NCBI GenBank assembly: GCA_965287045.1
Contig: OZ336871.1
Span: 126,604,001-126,668,000, forward strand
From: Carcharhinus amblyrhynchos
Lineage: Eukaryota
Direction: 5' to 3'
DNA: 64,000 nt
Of this stretch, positions 1 to 10,565 are shown piece by piece. The notes below the pieces were generated by a model. The model had not been told where the DNA came from, made no database searches, and was given only the letters and a program-made list of their open reading frames with translations. The first letter of the stretch is position 1. Each line of letters begins with the position of its first letter. Both the position numbers and the translations under genes were made by a program.

Positions 1-813
1 TGTGAGGTGGTCCACTTTGGTAGGAAGAATGGTAGGAAGGACTATTACTTACGTGGCGAAAAACTGCAGCAGGCGACGGTGCAGAGGGACCTCGGGGTCC
101 TTGTGCATGAGTCGCAAAAACCCAGCTTGCAGGTGCAGCAGGTGGTCAGGAAGGCGAATGGGATGCTGGCCTTCATAGCGAAGGGGATTGAATATAAAAG
201 TAGGGAGGTCTTGCTGCAGCTGTATAGGGCATTCGTGAGGCCGCAGCTGGAGTATTGTGTGCAGTTTTGGGCGCCGCACCTGCGCAAAGATATTTTGGCC
301 TTGGAGGGAGTGCAGAGGAGGTTTACTAGGCTGATACCGGAGTTGAGGGGGTTGAAGTATGAGGAGAGGCTGAATAAACTAGGCTTGTACTCGTTGGAGT
401 TTAGAAGAATGAGGGGAGATCTCATTGAGACGTATAAGATGATGAATGGGATGGATAGGATAAAGGTGGAGAGACTCTTCCCACTGAAAAAAGACAGTAG
501 GACTAGGGGGCACAGCCTCAAGATAAAGGGGGGGGCGTTTTAGAACGGAGTTGAGGAGGAACTTCTTCACTCAAAGGGTGGTGAATCTCTGGAATTCTCT
601 ACCCATTGAAGTGGTGGAGGCTGCCTCGCTAAATATTTTCAAGAAGCGGGTTGATGGGTTTTTGATAAGAGAGGGGATTAAGGGTTATGGGGAGAGGGCC
701 GGAAAGTGGAACTGAGCCACGACAGATCAGCCATGATCTTATTGAATGGCGGGGCAGGCTCGAAGGGCCAGATGGCCTACTCCTGCTCCTATTTCTTATG
801 TTCTTATGTTCTT
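1..813 (+). mobile_element. Young CR1 LINE, 3' part of ORF2 (RT C-terminal region) plus 3'UTR
   Basis: Translation has KANGMLAFI, LYRAFVRPQLEYCVQFW, LEGVQRRFTR, YEERL..LGLYSLE.RRMRGDLIE; after the frameshift, RNFFTQRVVNLWNSLP. Ends in a (TTCTTATG)n tail. Runs off the window start. Confidence 0.95.
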
Positions 814-1319
814 AATGATGCAGGGATTGCAGATATATATTTTGGAACAAGAGATAATCTCTAGATGAACCATGTGATTAATAATTGATATATTTAATTG
901 CTTTAGAGTATTATGGTCCTATTCATGTGCATTTGCCTTTTCTTTAAGTTAATAAAGTATATTTAGTAATTGTTACATGACAACTGGGGGAGTTATTCTC
1001 ACTGGGGGTTTCACATGCCTCCTCACATGACTCCCAAAACAAAACTATGCATCACCATGACCGGATGTTTCAAGTTGAGACGCACTGGCAGATAACATCC
1101 ATGTGATTCAAGGCCAGAAAGATGCTTCCTGTACATCAACAACTCTAGAGCCAATAATATTGTTGGATTCAGGGTGGGCATCTTAGCAGCAGATGAAAGA
1201 GATGCTTCAATTCGGCAAAGGTAGGGTTAGGAATTTCAAAGGGACAAATCACTTTGCTTCCTGTTTAAACCTCTCTATTCTGATTTCTACCCCCGCCCCA
1301 GCATTAAAAAGACACTCAT

Positions 1320-1600
1320 CAAAGCCACAAATTATGACCATTGTGCACAATCCCTTCTCATCGTCCTTGACCTCCCTTCAACCCTTGACATGGCCAATCA
1401 CAGCATCTTCCTTCAGCGCCTCTCTCTCTCCTCAGCTCCTGTGTTGTGACCTTCCTTCAAATCCACTACTGTGACCAAACTGATCATATTTACCAATTGC
1501 ATTATTGTCCAACATCAACAATTGTTCCTTTCCCTAACCTGCAACCAGCAACTCTGGAGACCTACCCCTGCAAGGATTCATTCCTCATCTTTATCCACAT
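1320..1600 (+). mobile_element. Old L2-type LINE RT fragment
   Basis: ccttctcatcgtccttgacctcc...ttgacatggccaatcacagcatcttccttcagcgcctc resembles the LLDLSAAFDTVDHxILLxRL motif; degenerate. Confidence 0.5.
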
Positions 1601-1787
1601 GTTAGGTGGAATTTTCCACTATTTTGGTAAAGTCTCATTTTGGATGAGAAAAGCAGTGAGTAAGTTGCTGGTGGTGCCGATGGGATTTTGTATCGTATTT
1701 TTAGATACTTTGAAAAAATATGCAAGAGTTTCACACCACGCCCATGGCGGACTGACCCTGATTCTCCCTTCCTGGTGTCAGTTGAGA

Positions 1788-2271
1788 CAGTGGTACGCAA
1801 CCCGTGGCCGAGAGGCCACATGGGGCCCATCTGGGTTTTGACTGTGGCCCACAAGACATTTAGTTGACTGTTATTCATGCGCAGGACTGCCACATTCTGT
1901 TGATTTCTGTCTGTGTAGTTATTTTCCTACCAGTATCATTAAATTGATTCACATGTAAAGCAAGAGCAAGTGAAGTGAGGTGCATGCTGATTACACACAG
2001 CATTGACTGTGAGAGCCATTGCGTTCCCTCTGCATCCACAGCGTCAATATTTCTTTTGCTTTTACCATTTGAAGTTGATGATAGTTCTATTAATATACAA
2101 ATGATTACTTATTTTCTATAACTCCTTATGAAATATTCAGTGCATTAAATGTGTTTAATTTTATTCATGAGGCTGTGGTTAGTGAACAAACCTGATTTCT
2201 ATCTTGTGGTCCACTGAGATGAAGGAGGGCCACTCATGCATCCCACTTACTTTCCTAGCTTGCTCATCACT
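1788..2271. mobile_element. Non-autonomous hAT-like MITE
   Basis: Left end CAGTGGTACGCAACC..GGCC..AGGCCACA..GGCCC; right end CTAGCTTGCTCATCACT. These form imperfect TIRs of the CAGTG..GGGCAACC type, with repeated GGCCC subterminal motifs. Confidence 0.6.
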
Positions 2272-2274
2272 CAC

Positions 2275-2904
2275 TTGATTTGATTTGATTTATTATTGTC
2301 ACATATATTAAAGTACAGTGAAAAGTATTATTTCTTGGGCACTATACAGATAAAGCATACCATTCATACAGAAGGAAAAGAGAGAGTGCAGAATGTTACA
2401 GTTATGGCTAGGGTATAGAGAAAGATCAACTTAATATAAGATAGATCCATTCAAAAGTCTGATGGCAGCAGGGAAGAAGCTGTTCTTGAGTCAGTAGGTA
2501 TGTGGCCTCAAACTTACGTATCTTTTTCTCGACAGAATAAAGTGCAAGAGTGTATGCCCAGAGTGCGGGGGTCCTTGATTATGCTGGCTGCTTTTCCAAG
2601 CTAGCAATAATGTAGTGTCAATGGATGGGAGGCTGGTTTTAGTGATAGACTGAGCTACATTCATGATCCTTTGTAGTTTCTTGCAGTCTTGAGCAGAGCA
2701 GGAGCCATACCAAGGTGTGATACAACCAGAGAGAATGCTTTCTATGATGCATCTGTAAAAGTTGTTGAGAGTTGTCGTGGACATACGAGATTTCCTTAGA
2801 GGCATTCGTGGGTTTTCTTATCTATAGCATCAACGTGGAGGATGCTATAGATAAGGAAACTTGAAGCTCTCGACCATTTCCACTTCATCCCTGTTTATGT
2901 AGAC
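2275..2904 (-). mobile_element. Rex1/Babar-type LINE 3' fragment
   Basis: Minus ORF NFYRCIIESILSGCITPWYGSCSAQDCKKLQRIMNVAQSIT; (ATCAA)n tail at 2275-2290. Confidence 0.85.
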
Positions 2905-2975
2905 TTGAGCTCTTCAGTCGGGGGGCACTCAATTTAAATGCCTCCTCAGCACTTGTTTCGAGTCTAGTCAGGAGG

Positions 2976-3520
2976 ATGGCTGATCAGAAGGATATCCTGA
3001 GGTTTTCTGAGGAAGCAGTCACCAGAATGCTGAAGAATGACATACTGTACCCTCAGGCTGGCAGGAGACCTGGTAGGCGCCAGCTCCCTGCAGCAGAGGA
3101 CAGGCATCCAGTGCAGGAAGAAGATGAACGACCTCTCCCGTGCAACCAGAGTAAGCCACTCTTCTCACTACATGACACTCACGCACACACCAATCTCACG
3201 TCCATTGGGAGCTCACCCATTGCCACCTCACGAGGCCCTGCCACTTGCCCTTCCACACCCCTCCTTATACACCCTGTGACTCCTCTCCTCATCACACCTG
3301 TTTCCCACTCTCAAACCACATATGCCATTTACATTTACCATCTGCTAAGTGTCCTGTTTACACCTCCCCATCCATCTCATTGCAGGATAAGCCGACTCCC
3401 GATTAAAAAGGAGGGAGCACAGAAGAACGCCCGACTGAAAGCCCTCTCACCACCGGAGGAATGAACACTCCAACTTGCCAGGGAGGAACAGGACCACTCC
3501 TGTGCTGAGAGTGAGGTAAG
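2976..3520 (+). pseudogene. Harbinger-type Myb/SANT-like DNA-binding protein gene, decayed, with intron
   Basis: MADQKDILRFSEEAVTRML..DILYPQAGRRP, then (frameshift) SLQQRTGIQCRKKMNDLSRATR, a GTAAGC donor at 3151 and a TTGCAG acceptor ending at 3385. Exon 2 remnant reads LSPPEE..LQLA.EE. Frameshifts and stops present. Confidence 0.7.
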
Positions 3521-4589
3521 CATAAGAGAATAAAGAGAGGACTCACAACATGTGCGTACACCTGGTCAGCCTTACCTGAGTTTTCTCTCTCCTATCTGTA
3601 TGCTCCTGTCATGCCACCTCCCTCCCCTCGCAGGAAAATCAGTGGAGCAGCCCACTCCATCCAAAAGTGTGGCTTTGGGAGATCAGACAGAAAAGCAACT
3701 CCAACAAATTCTCAGACGTTGCCATCGGCAAGGCATCAGAGCTGTCACCTGCGCACTCCACCAGCACAGAGACTCACACCTCAGTAGTAGACAGGCTTCT
3801 GGTTCACTAACTGGTGAGAACCTCAATTCTGATCATCCACAGCAGGCAGACGCTGGTACGTTCCAGGGTTCCAGCACTCAGCAGACTACAGGAGGCCAGG
3901 ACTGTGCTGTTACCAGGTCAAATGACAGGACCCTGGGCTTCGTCATCTCTCAGCTGCTAGACTAGAAAGGCAGAGCCAGGAACATCAGGAAGGGATGTTA
4001 GTTTTACTCTTTGGACTGCAAGGCCAACTGGAGGAGTCCCATGTTCGAGGGGTTCATGCTGACATTCTGAGGCAACCAGTCCAACACAGCAAGTATGGTG
4101 TCCGCAAGTGGAGATCTTTGTGCCAGGCATGCAATCCATGGCGGGGGGCTGTTCACTGCGTGGTTTAGACTACAAACTCCATGGCACAGCTCATTAACCA
4201 CATGCTGCAGGCGCGCGTGGGCATCCATGAGTACTAACACCAGAGGACAGTGGGGCCTCTGGATCTCACATTTGCCTCTCCATTTCAGACCCAGGGCCCC
4301 TGAGCTCCTATAGGGAAGAAGAGATGCTGATGCACAGCCCAAAGCCTTCCACCAGGACACCCTGAGGTGTCCAGCCCATCTGGCTTCCCCCTTCCCCTGA
4401 CAGACATAACTCCAGATCCCCGCACAGAGGAGGGCAGTGCCTCCACACCCAAGTTGCCTGAAGACAGGCTGGGCCCCTCAAGGTCTTGGCCCTCCAGAGG
4501 ATGCCTGCCCAGGTCATCTCAGACAACATGGAGTGGCAGATAGCAGGCCACCTCAACCTCAGCTGCAGATTCTGGGGAAACACCAAGAC

Positions 4590-4673
4590 ATATGCAACAG
4601 GCAGCATGGTTGGTGCAGGCTTGGAGGGCCAAAGGGCTTATTCCTGTGCTGTAATTTTCTTTGTTCTTTGTTC
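4590..4673 (+). mobile_element. CR1 3' tail fragment
   Basis: gcaggcttggagggccaaagggcttattcctgtgctgt followed by a (TTCTTTG)n tail. Confidence 0.7.
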
Positions 4674-5289
4674 GTAGCGGCAGGGTTGGGAAGGTAAAGA
4701 GGTTACAGTTACACCTTACAGCTACGGGTGCTGTTAGCCACTTGTACACAGCGAACAATTATGTTAAGTATGTGAGCACCTCTGAAGTGCATTAAAGCTA
4801 AGTTCTTGCACTATCTTTGTGCCTTGCTACTCCCACTCCATTGCATGTCCAACAGTGTGCATCTAACATGCGAAGGCTAGATGATGGCAAATGGCACCAT
4901 CTCCCTTTCACATGTGTGAGGATATCAGTCCACTGGTTGGCCTTCCCTCATACTGATAGGACACAGTCAAGCCAGTGTCACCTGATCACAAGGAGCTCCC
5001 CACAATTCCCCCCAAAACCCCCCTTAACCACTGCATGGTCAACCCCGCCATTCAACCCAATCACTTGGAACACAAGAAATCCAATGACTATTCCTTTGTG
5101 AGAGCCATTCTGCGAGCACCATTGACACAGATCCTCAAGGCCACCCCTAACTGAGAAGGAAAGATGAGTCTCCCATGCATTGTTGTCCTGATATTATCCT
5201 GGTCATTGAGAGTTCTTGAGCTGCCTTCGGCCAGATAGGAGTCAAACATTGGCAGCCGGTCAACTGATTACACTCCTGTGACGCACGTT

Positions 5290-5430
5290 AGACCATATGA
5301 AATAGGAGCAGAAGTAGGCCATTTGGCCCAATAAGTCTGCCCCACCATTCAATCATGGTTCCTCAACCCCATTCTCCCACTTTTCCCTTTCACCTTTGAT
5401 CCCCTTACCAATCAAGAACCTATCTATCTA
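5290..5430 (-). mobile_element. CR1 3'UTR fragment
   Basis: ataggagcagaagtaggccatttggccc...ccaccattcaatcatgg; reverse complement of the tail of copy 1-813. Confidence 0.75.
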
Positions 5431-6221
5431 CCCTGGGCTGCCTTACTATGTCAAAGATGCTACAAAGGTGCAAGTTGTCAACATGGATATTCTGCATTCT
5501 CAGACCCTGAATGCTTGAAGTTTTAAGCAGTTTTAAGCATTCTATAGCACCCTAGTGTGCAAAAACAGAAAATGAATGCTGAAGCCCCTCTCAGATTTTT
5601 GCAAGCCGAGATTAACTTATTCTGGTCCCTGTGCGTTCATTCAACTGCTTCTGTTTGTTGCTGCCGCTCCGTTACACAAGTGAATTCACAGTCAGTTTAT
5701 CAGCAACACTCTGCTAGATACACAGAGACATATGTGAGAGAGACAATTTAGCGTCAGCACCAAGTAACAAGTAAAGCATTTTTTTTATGGATTCGGCTAC
5801 AATTAGTTCGAGCTCATGAACAAGGAATCAATCTTTTTGAGGATGGTTTGATTCCTAGCTGGAGCCCTCGATGTTTGTATTATATCCTGAGGGCAATCAG
5901 GCAATTCTTCCCATTTATAACACTGTTTGCATCATTTGCATTCATTATACATGCATTTTCAGCTCAATAACATGATGGAGCACCGGTGCCATGTGCACTG
6001 ACACAAGGCATAAAATAGCAAATATGGAACATAAAACTAAAAGGATACACCATATGTGCTACATTTACATCAATACACATTGAAAAACTAGTACAGTAAG
6101 ATGAAGGTTTTAATCTGGGCATGAGCATACTATACACAGCTGTCTTGATTCTCTAAGTATAAGTTAAAAGGGCAACATGAAAAGCATAAGGTTGACCTGT
6201 GACATATTTCACTAAATTCAT

Positions 6222-6385
6222 AAAAACCCTACAGTGCAGAAGGAGGCCATTTGGCCCATCAAGTCAGCACTGAGCACAATCCCAGGTCCTGTTCCTGTAT
6301 TCCCTCATATTTACCCTCCTAATCCCCCTGATGCAAGGGTTAATTTAACATGGCCAATCAATCTAACCTGCACATCTTTGGATTG
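6222..6385 (-). mobile_element. V-SINE (HE1-like), 3' half, CR1-type tail
   Basis: ccctacagtgcagaaggaggccatt tail plus catggccaatc..aacctgcacatctttgga V-core end. Confidence 0.8.
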
Positions 6386-6682
6386 TTTTTCTAAAAACAA
6401 TTATTTGCTTTGCACTTTACGTCTGGACTGGATTGTATCATGATTATTGTCAGCATCATCAAGGCACTGGCCTTCTGAGGGTTCATCGTTGCCAGGTCAA
6501 AATCCTCAAACTCCTGACCTTCCAGAACTATGGGAGTATCTTCACGTATTGGCGGCAGCAGATCAAGGTGGCACTTCCTCACCATCCTCTCATCCAAAAA
6601 TGGACAATTAATGCTAGCCTTGCCGTTGGTTCTATGACCTACATCCCAAGGGTGAATAAATACTCATTAGTGCTTCTACATT

Positions 6683-6820
6683 GGGATGGATTCTCCAACC
6701 TTGCCTGTGGCTGAGATTCTCCAGTCCTGCTGCAGTGAACGGAATTTCGGCTGAGTGCCAAATTCTCCATTCTCGCTGGCAGCGGCAGTGGATGACAGCG
6801 GTCAGAGAATTCTTGGCCAA
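6683..6820. mobile_element. Short MITE (Harbinger-like TIR family)
   Basis: GGATTCTCC...GAGAATTC termini; internal sequence nearly the same as 13570-13660. Confidence 0.55.
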
Positions 6821-7394
6821 TGTTTCAGGACAGCTATTGTCTAGGTAACTAGTGAGAGCCTTCCTGCTTTGATCATGGTGTGTGACATTTCCATGGATGG
6901 GCCCTGTGGGATAAATCTTACAGGTAAAGAAACATCTTCCTGTCAACCTTCTGCCTGAAGACTGGTGATGGAGCAGAATGGCCCATTTCTGTGCTATATT
7001 ATTCTGAGACTAAGCTCTTCTCACTCCCAGAATGGGGAAAGCTAAACATTTCCAGCGACCACCGTACTTTGTTTATGTAAAACTTTCAGAAGTTGGGTGG
7101 TAAATCTAGGATTTGGAGTGGTGTTGAATACAAAAACATCCCAAGATATGAATGAATGGCGAAGTGCAACAACTACCATGACACTGGCACACTACCTGTA
7201 TCCATGCCGATACACCTACGTATAAACTTCAGAGATTCTCCTGCATAAAGTACAGCAAGGATAAAGACTGCCAGTGATTTATCCTCATGGTTTGCAAGGA
7301 TGTGAAAGACAGCATGCATTCAAATAGAATAAAATCTTTCTGACATGACAGAAACGGTTAATAGGCCCAACTGCTGTATTCTTTTATTAGTTAA

Positions 7395-7687
7395 TTTATT
7401 TATTAGTCACAGGTAGGCTAAATTGACACTGCAATGAAGTTACTGTGAGATTCCCCGAGTCGCCACACCCCGGCACCTGTTCAACTATACTGACAGAGAA
7501 TTTAGCAGGGACAATGCACCTAATCAGCACATCTTTCGGACTGTGGGAGGAACCAGAGCACCCAAAGGGAACCCACACAGACACAGCGACAATGTGCATG
7601 CTCCGCACAGGCAGTGACCCAAACAGGGAATCGAACCCAGATCCTTAGCATTGTGAGACAGCAGTGCTAACCACTGTGCCACTGTGC
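7395..7687 (-). mobile_element. V-SINE, tail type B
   Basis: tRNA-like head with A/B boxes, V core, and tail ...gcctacctgtgactaataaa on the minus strand. Confidence 0.9.
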
Positions 7688-7790
7688 AGCTTTGACAAAG
7701 GGCTATCTGGATTCAAGATGTCAGCTCTTCTCTCTCCTCACAAATGCTGCCAGACCTGCTGCGATTTTCCAGCATTTTCTCTTTTGGTGC
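7688..7790 (+). mobile_element. Penelope-like terminal repeat fragment (decayed hammerhead motif)
   Basis: Nearly the same sequence as 17684-17785 (tttgacaaaggg..ctgga.tc..atgtcagctc..gctgccagacctgctg). Confidence 0.6.
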
Positions 7791-8450
7791 CACCCTGTAT
7801 TCTGGTGGTTATAGTCCACAAAGGTGACTCCACTCATTTAAATTACTTCATCAAACTCTGCTCCATTTCTGTGTCCTTCATGTATGTACCAAGCATGCCC
7901 TTAAGTATGTCTATGCTATCTGCTTCAACCATTGCCATGTGCCACAACGTTCAGCATTGCCAACCTTTCAAAAACCCTTCCAAAATACTTCATTCATCGG
8001 TCCAAGACCAACTTGTATTTCACATCGCCCACCCCCACCCACTGTCCTGGACTCACCCGTAAGTGGAACTATCTCCTTTAAGTCTCCTCTGTCGAGCCAC
8101 TTCATCATCATTCATTTCAACATGACTCATAGGTTTCAATAGGGGCAAACTTTCAAATAAAGTAATTACTAAATCTCTCATGTGACAAATTTAATTGATA
8201 CCTTATCGGAAAATCATTCCATAGAGAAGATTGCCATTAACCTTCTGCTATCTCTCCTGGGCCATTAATATATTGATAAGCTATTGTTTAGACTGTAATT
8301 TTGTCGTCCTCTCCTGAAATTTTTGTATATGATTTCACAAGCATTAAATATCAAAGCTCTCTTACAAGTTCCAGCCATGGAAGAGGGTTGTATCCTGCAT
8401 TCAAGGCATTTAAATGGAACTGTGGATAGGACCCTTTTTTTCAATAAACC

Positions 8451-8735
8451 TGGGTGGCACAATGGCACAGTGGTTAGCACTGCTGCCTCATAATACCAGG
8501 GACCCGGGTTCAATTCCTGGCTTGGGTCACTGTCTGTGCAGAGTCTGCATGTTTTCCCAGTGTCTGTGTGGGTTTCCTCCAGGTGCTCCAGTTTCCTCCC
8601 ACAGTCTGAAAGACATGCTGGTTAGGTGCATTGCCCTGAACAGGCACCAGAGTATGGTTACTAGGGGATTTGCACAGTAGCTTCATGCAGTGTTAATATA
8701 AGCCTACTTGTGGTAATAGCAAATAAACTTTAAAC
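8451..8735 (+). mobile_element. V-SINE, tail type B
   Basis: gggtggcac..cagtggttagcactgctgcctca, B box GGTTCAATTCC, V core gggtttcctcc..ggtgctcc, B tail. Confidence 0.9.
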
Positions 8736-9169
8736 TGATACTGTACCTGTGTTCATTGTAAGTACTGGAAAATACAAAATGCCTAAAATCAATGTTTTTG
8801 GGAGGGGGGGAACACATTCCATGCACCGAGGCAATATTTTGACATTCAGCATGCTTACCCACTTCAGAATTTCATGAGCCAAGGGTTTATTTCTTCAGTA
8901 CAATGTCAATGCATAATGCTGGAAATGTAGTATAAGTTACATTTCCATTTCCCAAGGTACCTTCAGTGTAGTTATTTGTCTTCATCTGTTAATGTCACGG
9001 GCTTACCTTCCAAATAATTGTTGACACCTGTGGAAAGGTATCAACATTCTTAAAACTGTTGGTCCGCTTTTGTTAGTTGCTTTCATTGGCTTGTCTGCAA
9101 TAGCATGTTACAGTCTGAAACTGAGACCAAAACACACTCAATAGGCTGCACCTGATTGTATCTGACTTT

Positions 9170-9545
9170 TTTTGTTATTCTTTTATGGGATGTGGGTAAG
9201 ACTGGCTGACCCAGTATTTATTGCCCATTCCTAATTGCCCTTGAGCTGAGTGGCTTGCTTGGCCATTTCAGAGGGCAATAAAGAGTCAACCACATTCCTG
9301 TGGGTTTGGAGTTACATGTAGGCCAGACTGGGTAAGGACGGCAGATTTCCTTCCCTAAAGTTCATATTAGTGAATCAGATGGGCTTTTATGACAATTGAC
9401 AATGGTTTTCTGGTCTTCATTAGACTTTTAATATATTTTCAATTGAATTCAAATTTCACCATCTGCTGTGGTGGGATTCTAACCCAGCTTCCCAGAGTAT
9501 TACCCTGGCTTTCTGGATTGCTGGTGTGCAATATTGCTATGCCAC
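9170..9545 (-). mobile_element. tRNA-derived SINE family 2 (central domain ..gtcctttagggaaggaaatctgcc..; Meta/SlmI-like)
   Basis: Eight copies in the window. Minus-strand B box (gggattctaaccc on plus). Tail shared with LINE family X. Confidence 0.8.
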
Positions 9546-9838
9546 ACGATTAAATGTGCTTGATGTGGGGAGACCAGTAAGCTTCCTATGTCCAAAGACA
9601 AGCATTTCTCATTTTGAGGAGCATGTAAAATCTTAATTCAAAATTAGACACAATTATACAGGCCACTGATAATTTGTGATACTGTTTTGGGCTCTCCGCA
9701 TTGGACATGTACAGTCCTTGGAGAAAATACAATCGTGATTCACTAGAGTGATGCTTGGAATAAAGGGATTAAATTATGATGAGAGACCAGGCAGACAGAA
9801 AAGAAAGTATAGAACTAATCTAGTACCTTTCACAACTT

Positions 9839-10202
9839 AAGTTTAAATTTATTTTATTAGTGTCACAAGTAGGCTTACGTTAACATTGCAACAAAGTTAC
9901 TGTGAAAATCCCCGAGTTGCCACACTCTAGCACCTAGTTCGGGTACACTGAGGGAAAATTTAGCATGGCCAATCAACTAACCTAGTCATCTTTTAGACTG
10001 TGGGAGGAAACCGGAGCACCCGGAGGGAACCCATGCAGACACGGGGAGAACATGCATATGCTGCACAGTGTGTGACCCAAGACAGGAATTGAACCCGGGT
10101 CTCTGGTGCAAGGCACCCGCCCCCCCCCCCCGACCCCCCCCCCCACCACCACGCCCCCCCCACTCCCCACCACCGCCCCCCCCCCCCCACCCCCGTGCCA
10201 CC
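9839..10202 (-). mobile_element. V-SINE, tail type B, with C-rich expansion in the head
   Basis: Typical B tail and core; 10116-10195 is a C-run expansion. Confidence 0.9.
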
Positions 10203-10204
10203 TG

Positions 10205-10565
10205 ATTTCATAATGTATGAAATACATTATAGTCAATTAAGTAGTTTTAAAGCAAAAACAGAAAATGCTAGAAAACCTTAACAGGTTTGACAGCATCTAT
10301 GGAGAGAGAAGAGAGTCAACATTTTGAGCCTGGATGATTCTTGATGTATAAGCACTGAAGTTAATTTGTGCACTACAAAATTTTACTAGCAGCAATGCTA
10401 TAATGATTGGATATTATTCATTTTTTTAGTGATGCTAGGGGGGTAAACTTTAGCCAGGATGACATGCCATTGCCCCTCTTCCAACTAGTGCCTTCAGATC
10501 TTTTACGATCACTTGACAGGAAAGAAGGAGCCTTAATTTCATGACTCATCCAAGCAGTGGCACCA
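10205..10565 (-). mobile_element. Old DeuSINE (SacSINE1-like) fragment with a nested Penelope-like piece at ~10250-10345
   Basis: aatttgtgcac..cagcaatg..ataatg..ttttagtgatg..gccagga..tagtgcc..gatcttttacg..ctcatcc..ggcacc matches the order of the Deu domain on the minus strand. Confidence 0.6.

Larger units (their letters stand above)
1604..4800 (+). mobile_element. Decayed PIF/Harbinger-like DNA transposon with nested insertions
   Basis: Starts with a GGTGGAATTTTCC terminal motif and contains a Myb/SANT-like pseudogene. Interrupted by a hAT MITE, a Rex LINE and a CR1 tail. Right boundary uncertain. Confidence 0.55.

Noticed and set aside
7-543. 178-aa ORF (and the 225-aa ORF at 56975-57652) as host genes
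   Set aside because: Both are CR1 ORF2 fragments with LINE 3' tails; reported as mobile elements.
8451-8525. tRNA genes at SINE heads
   Set aside because: They have A/B boxes but continue into SINE core and tail and lack a full cloverleaf.
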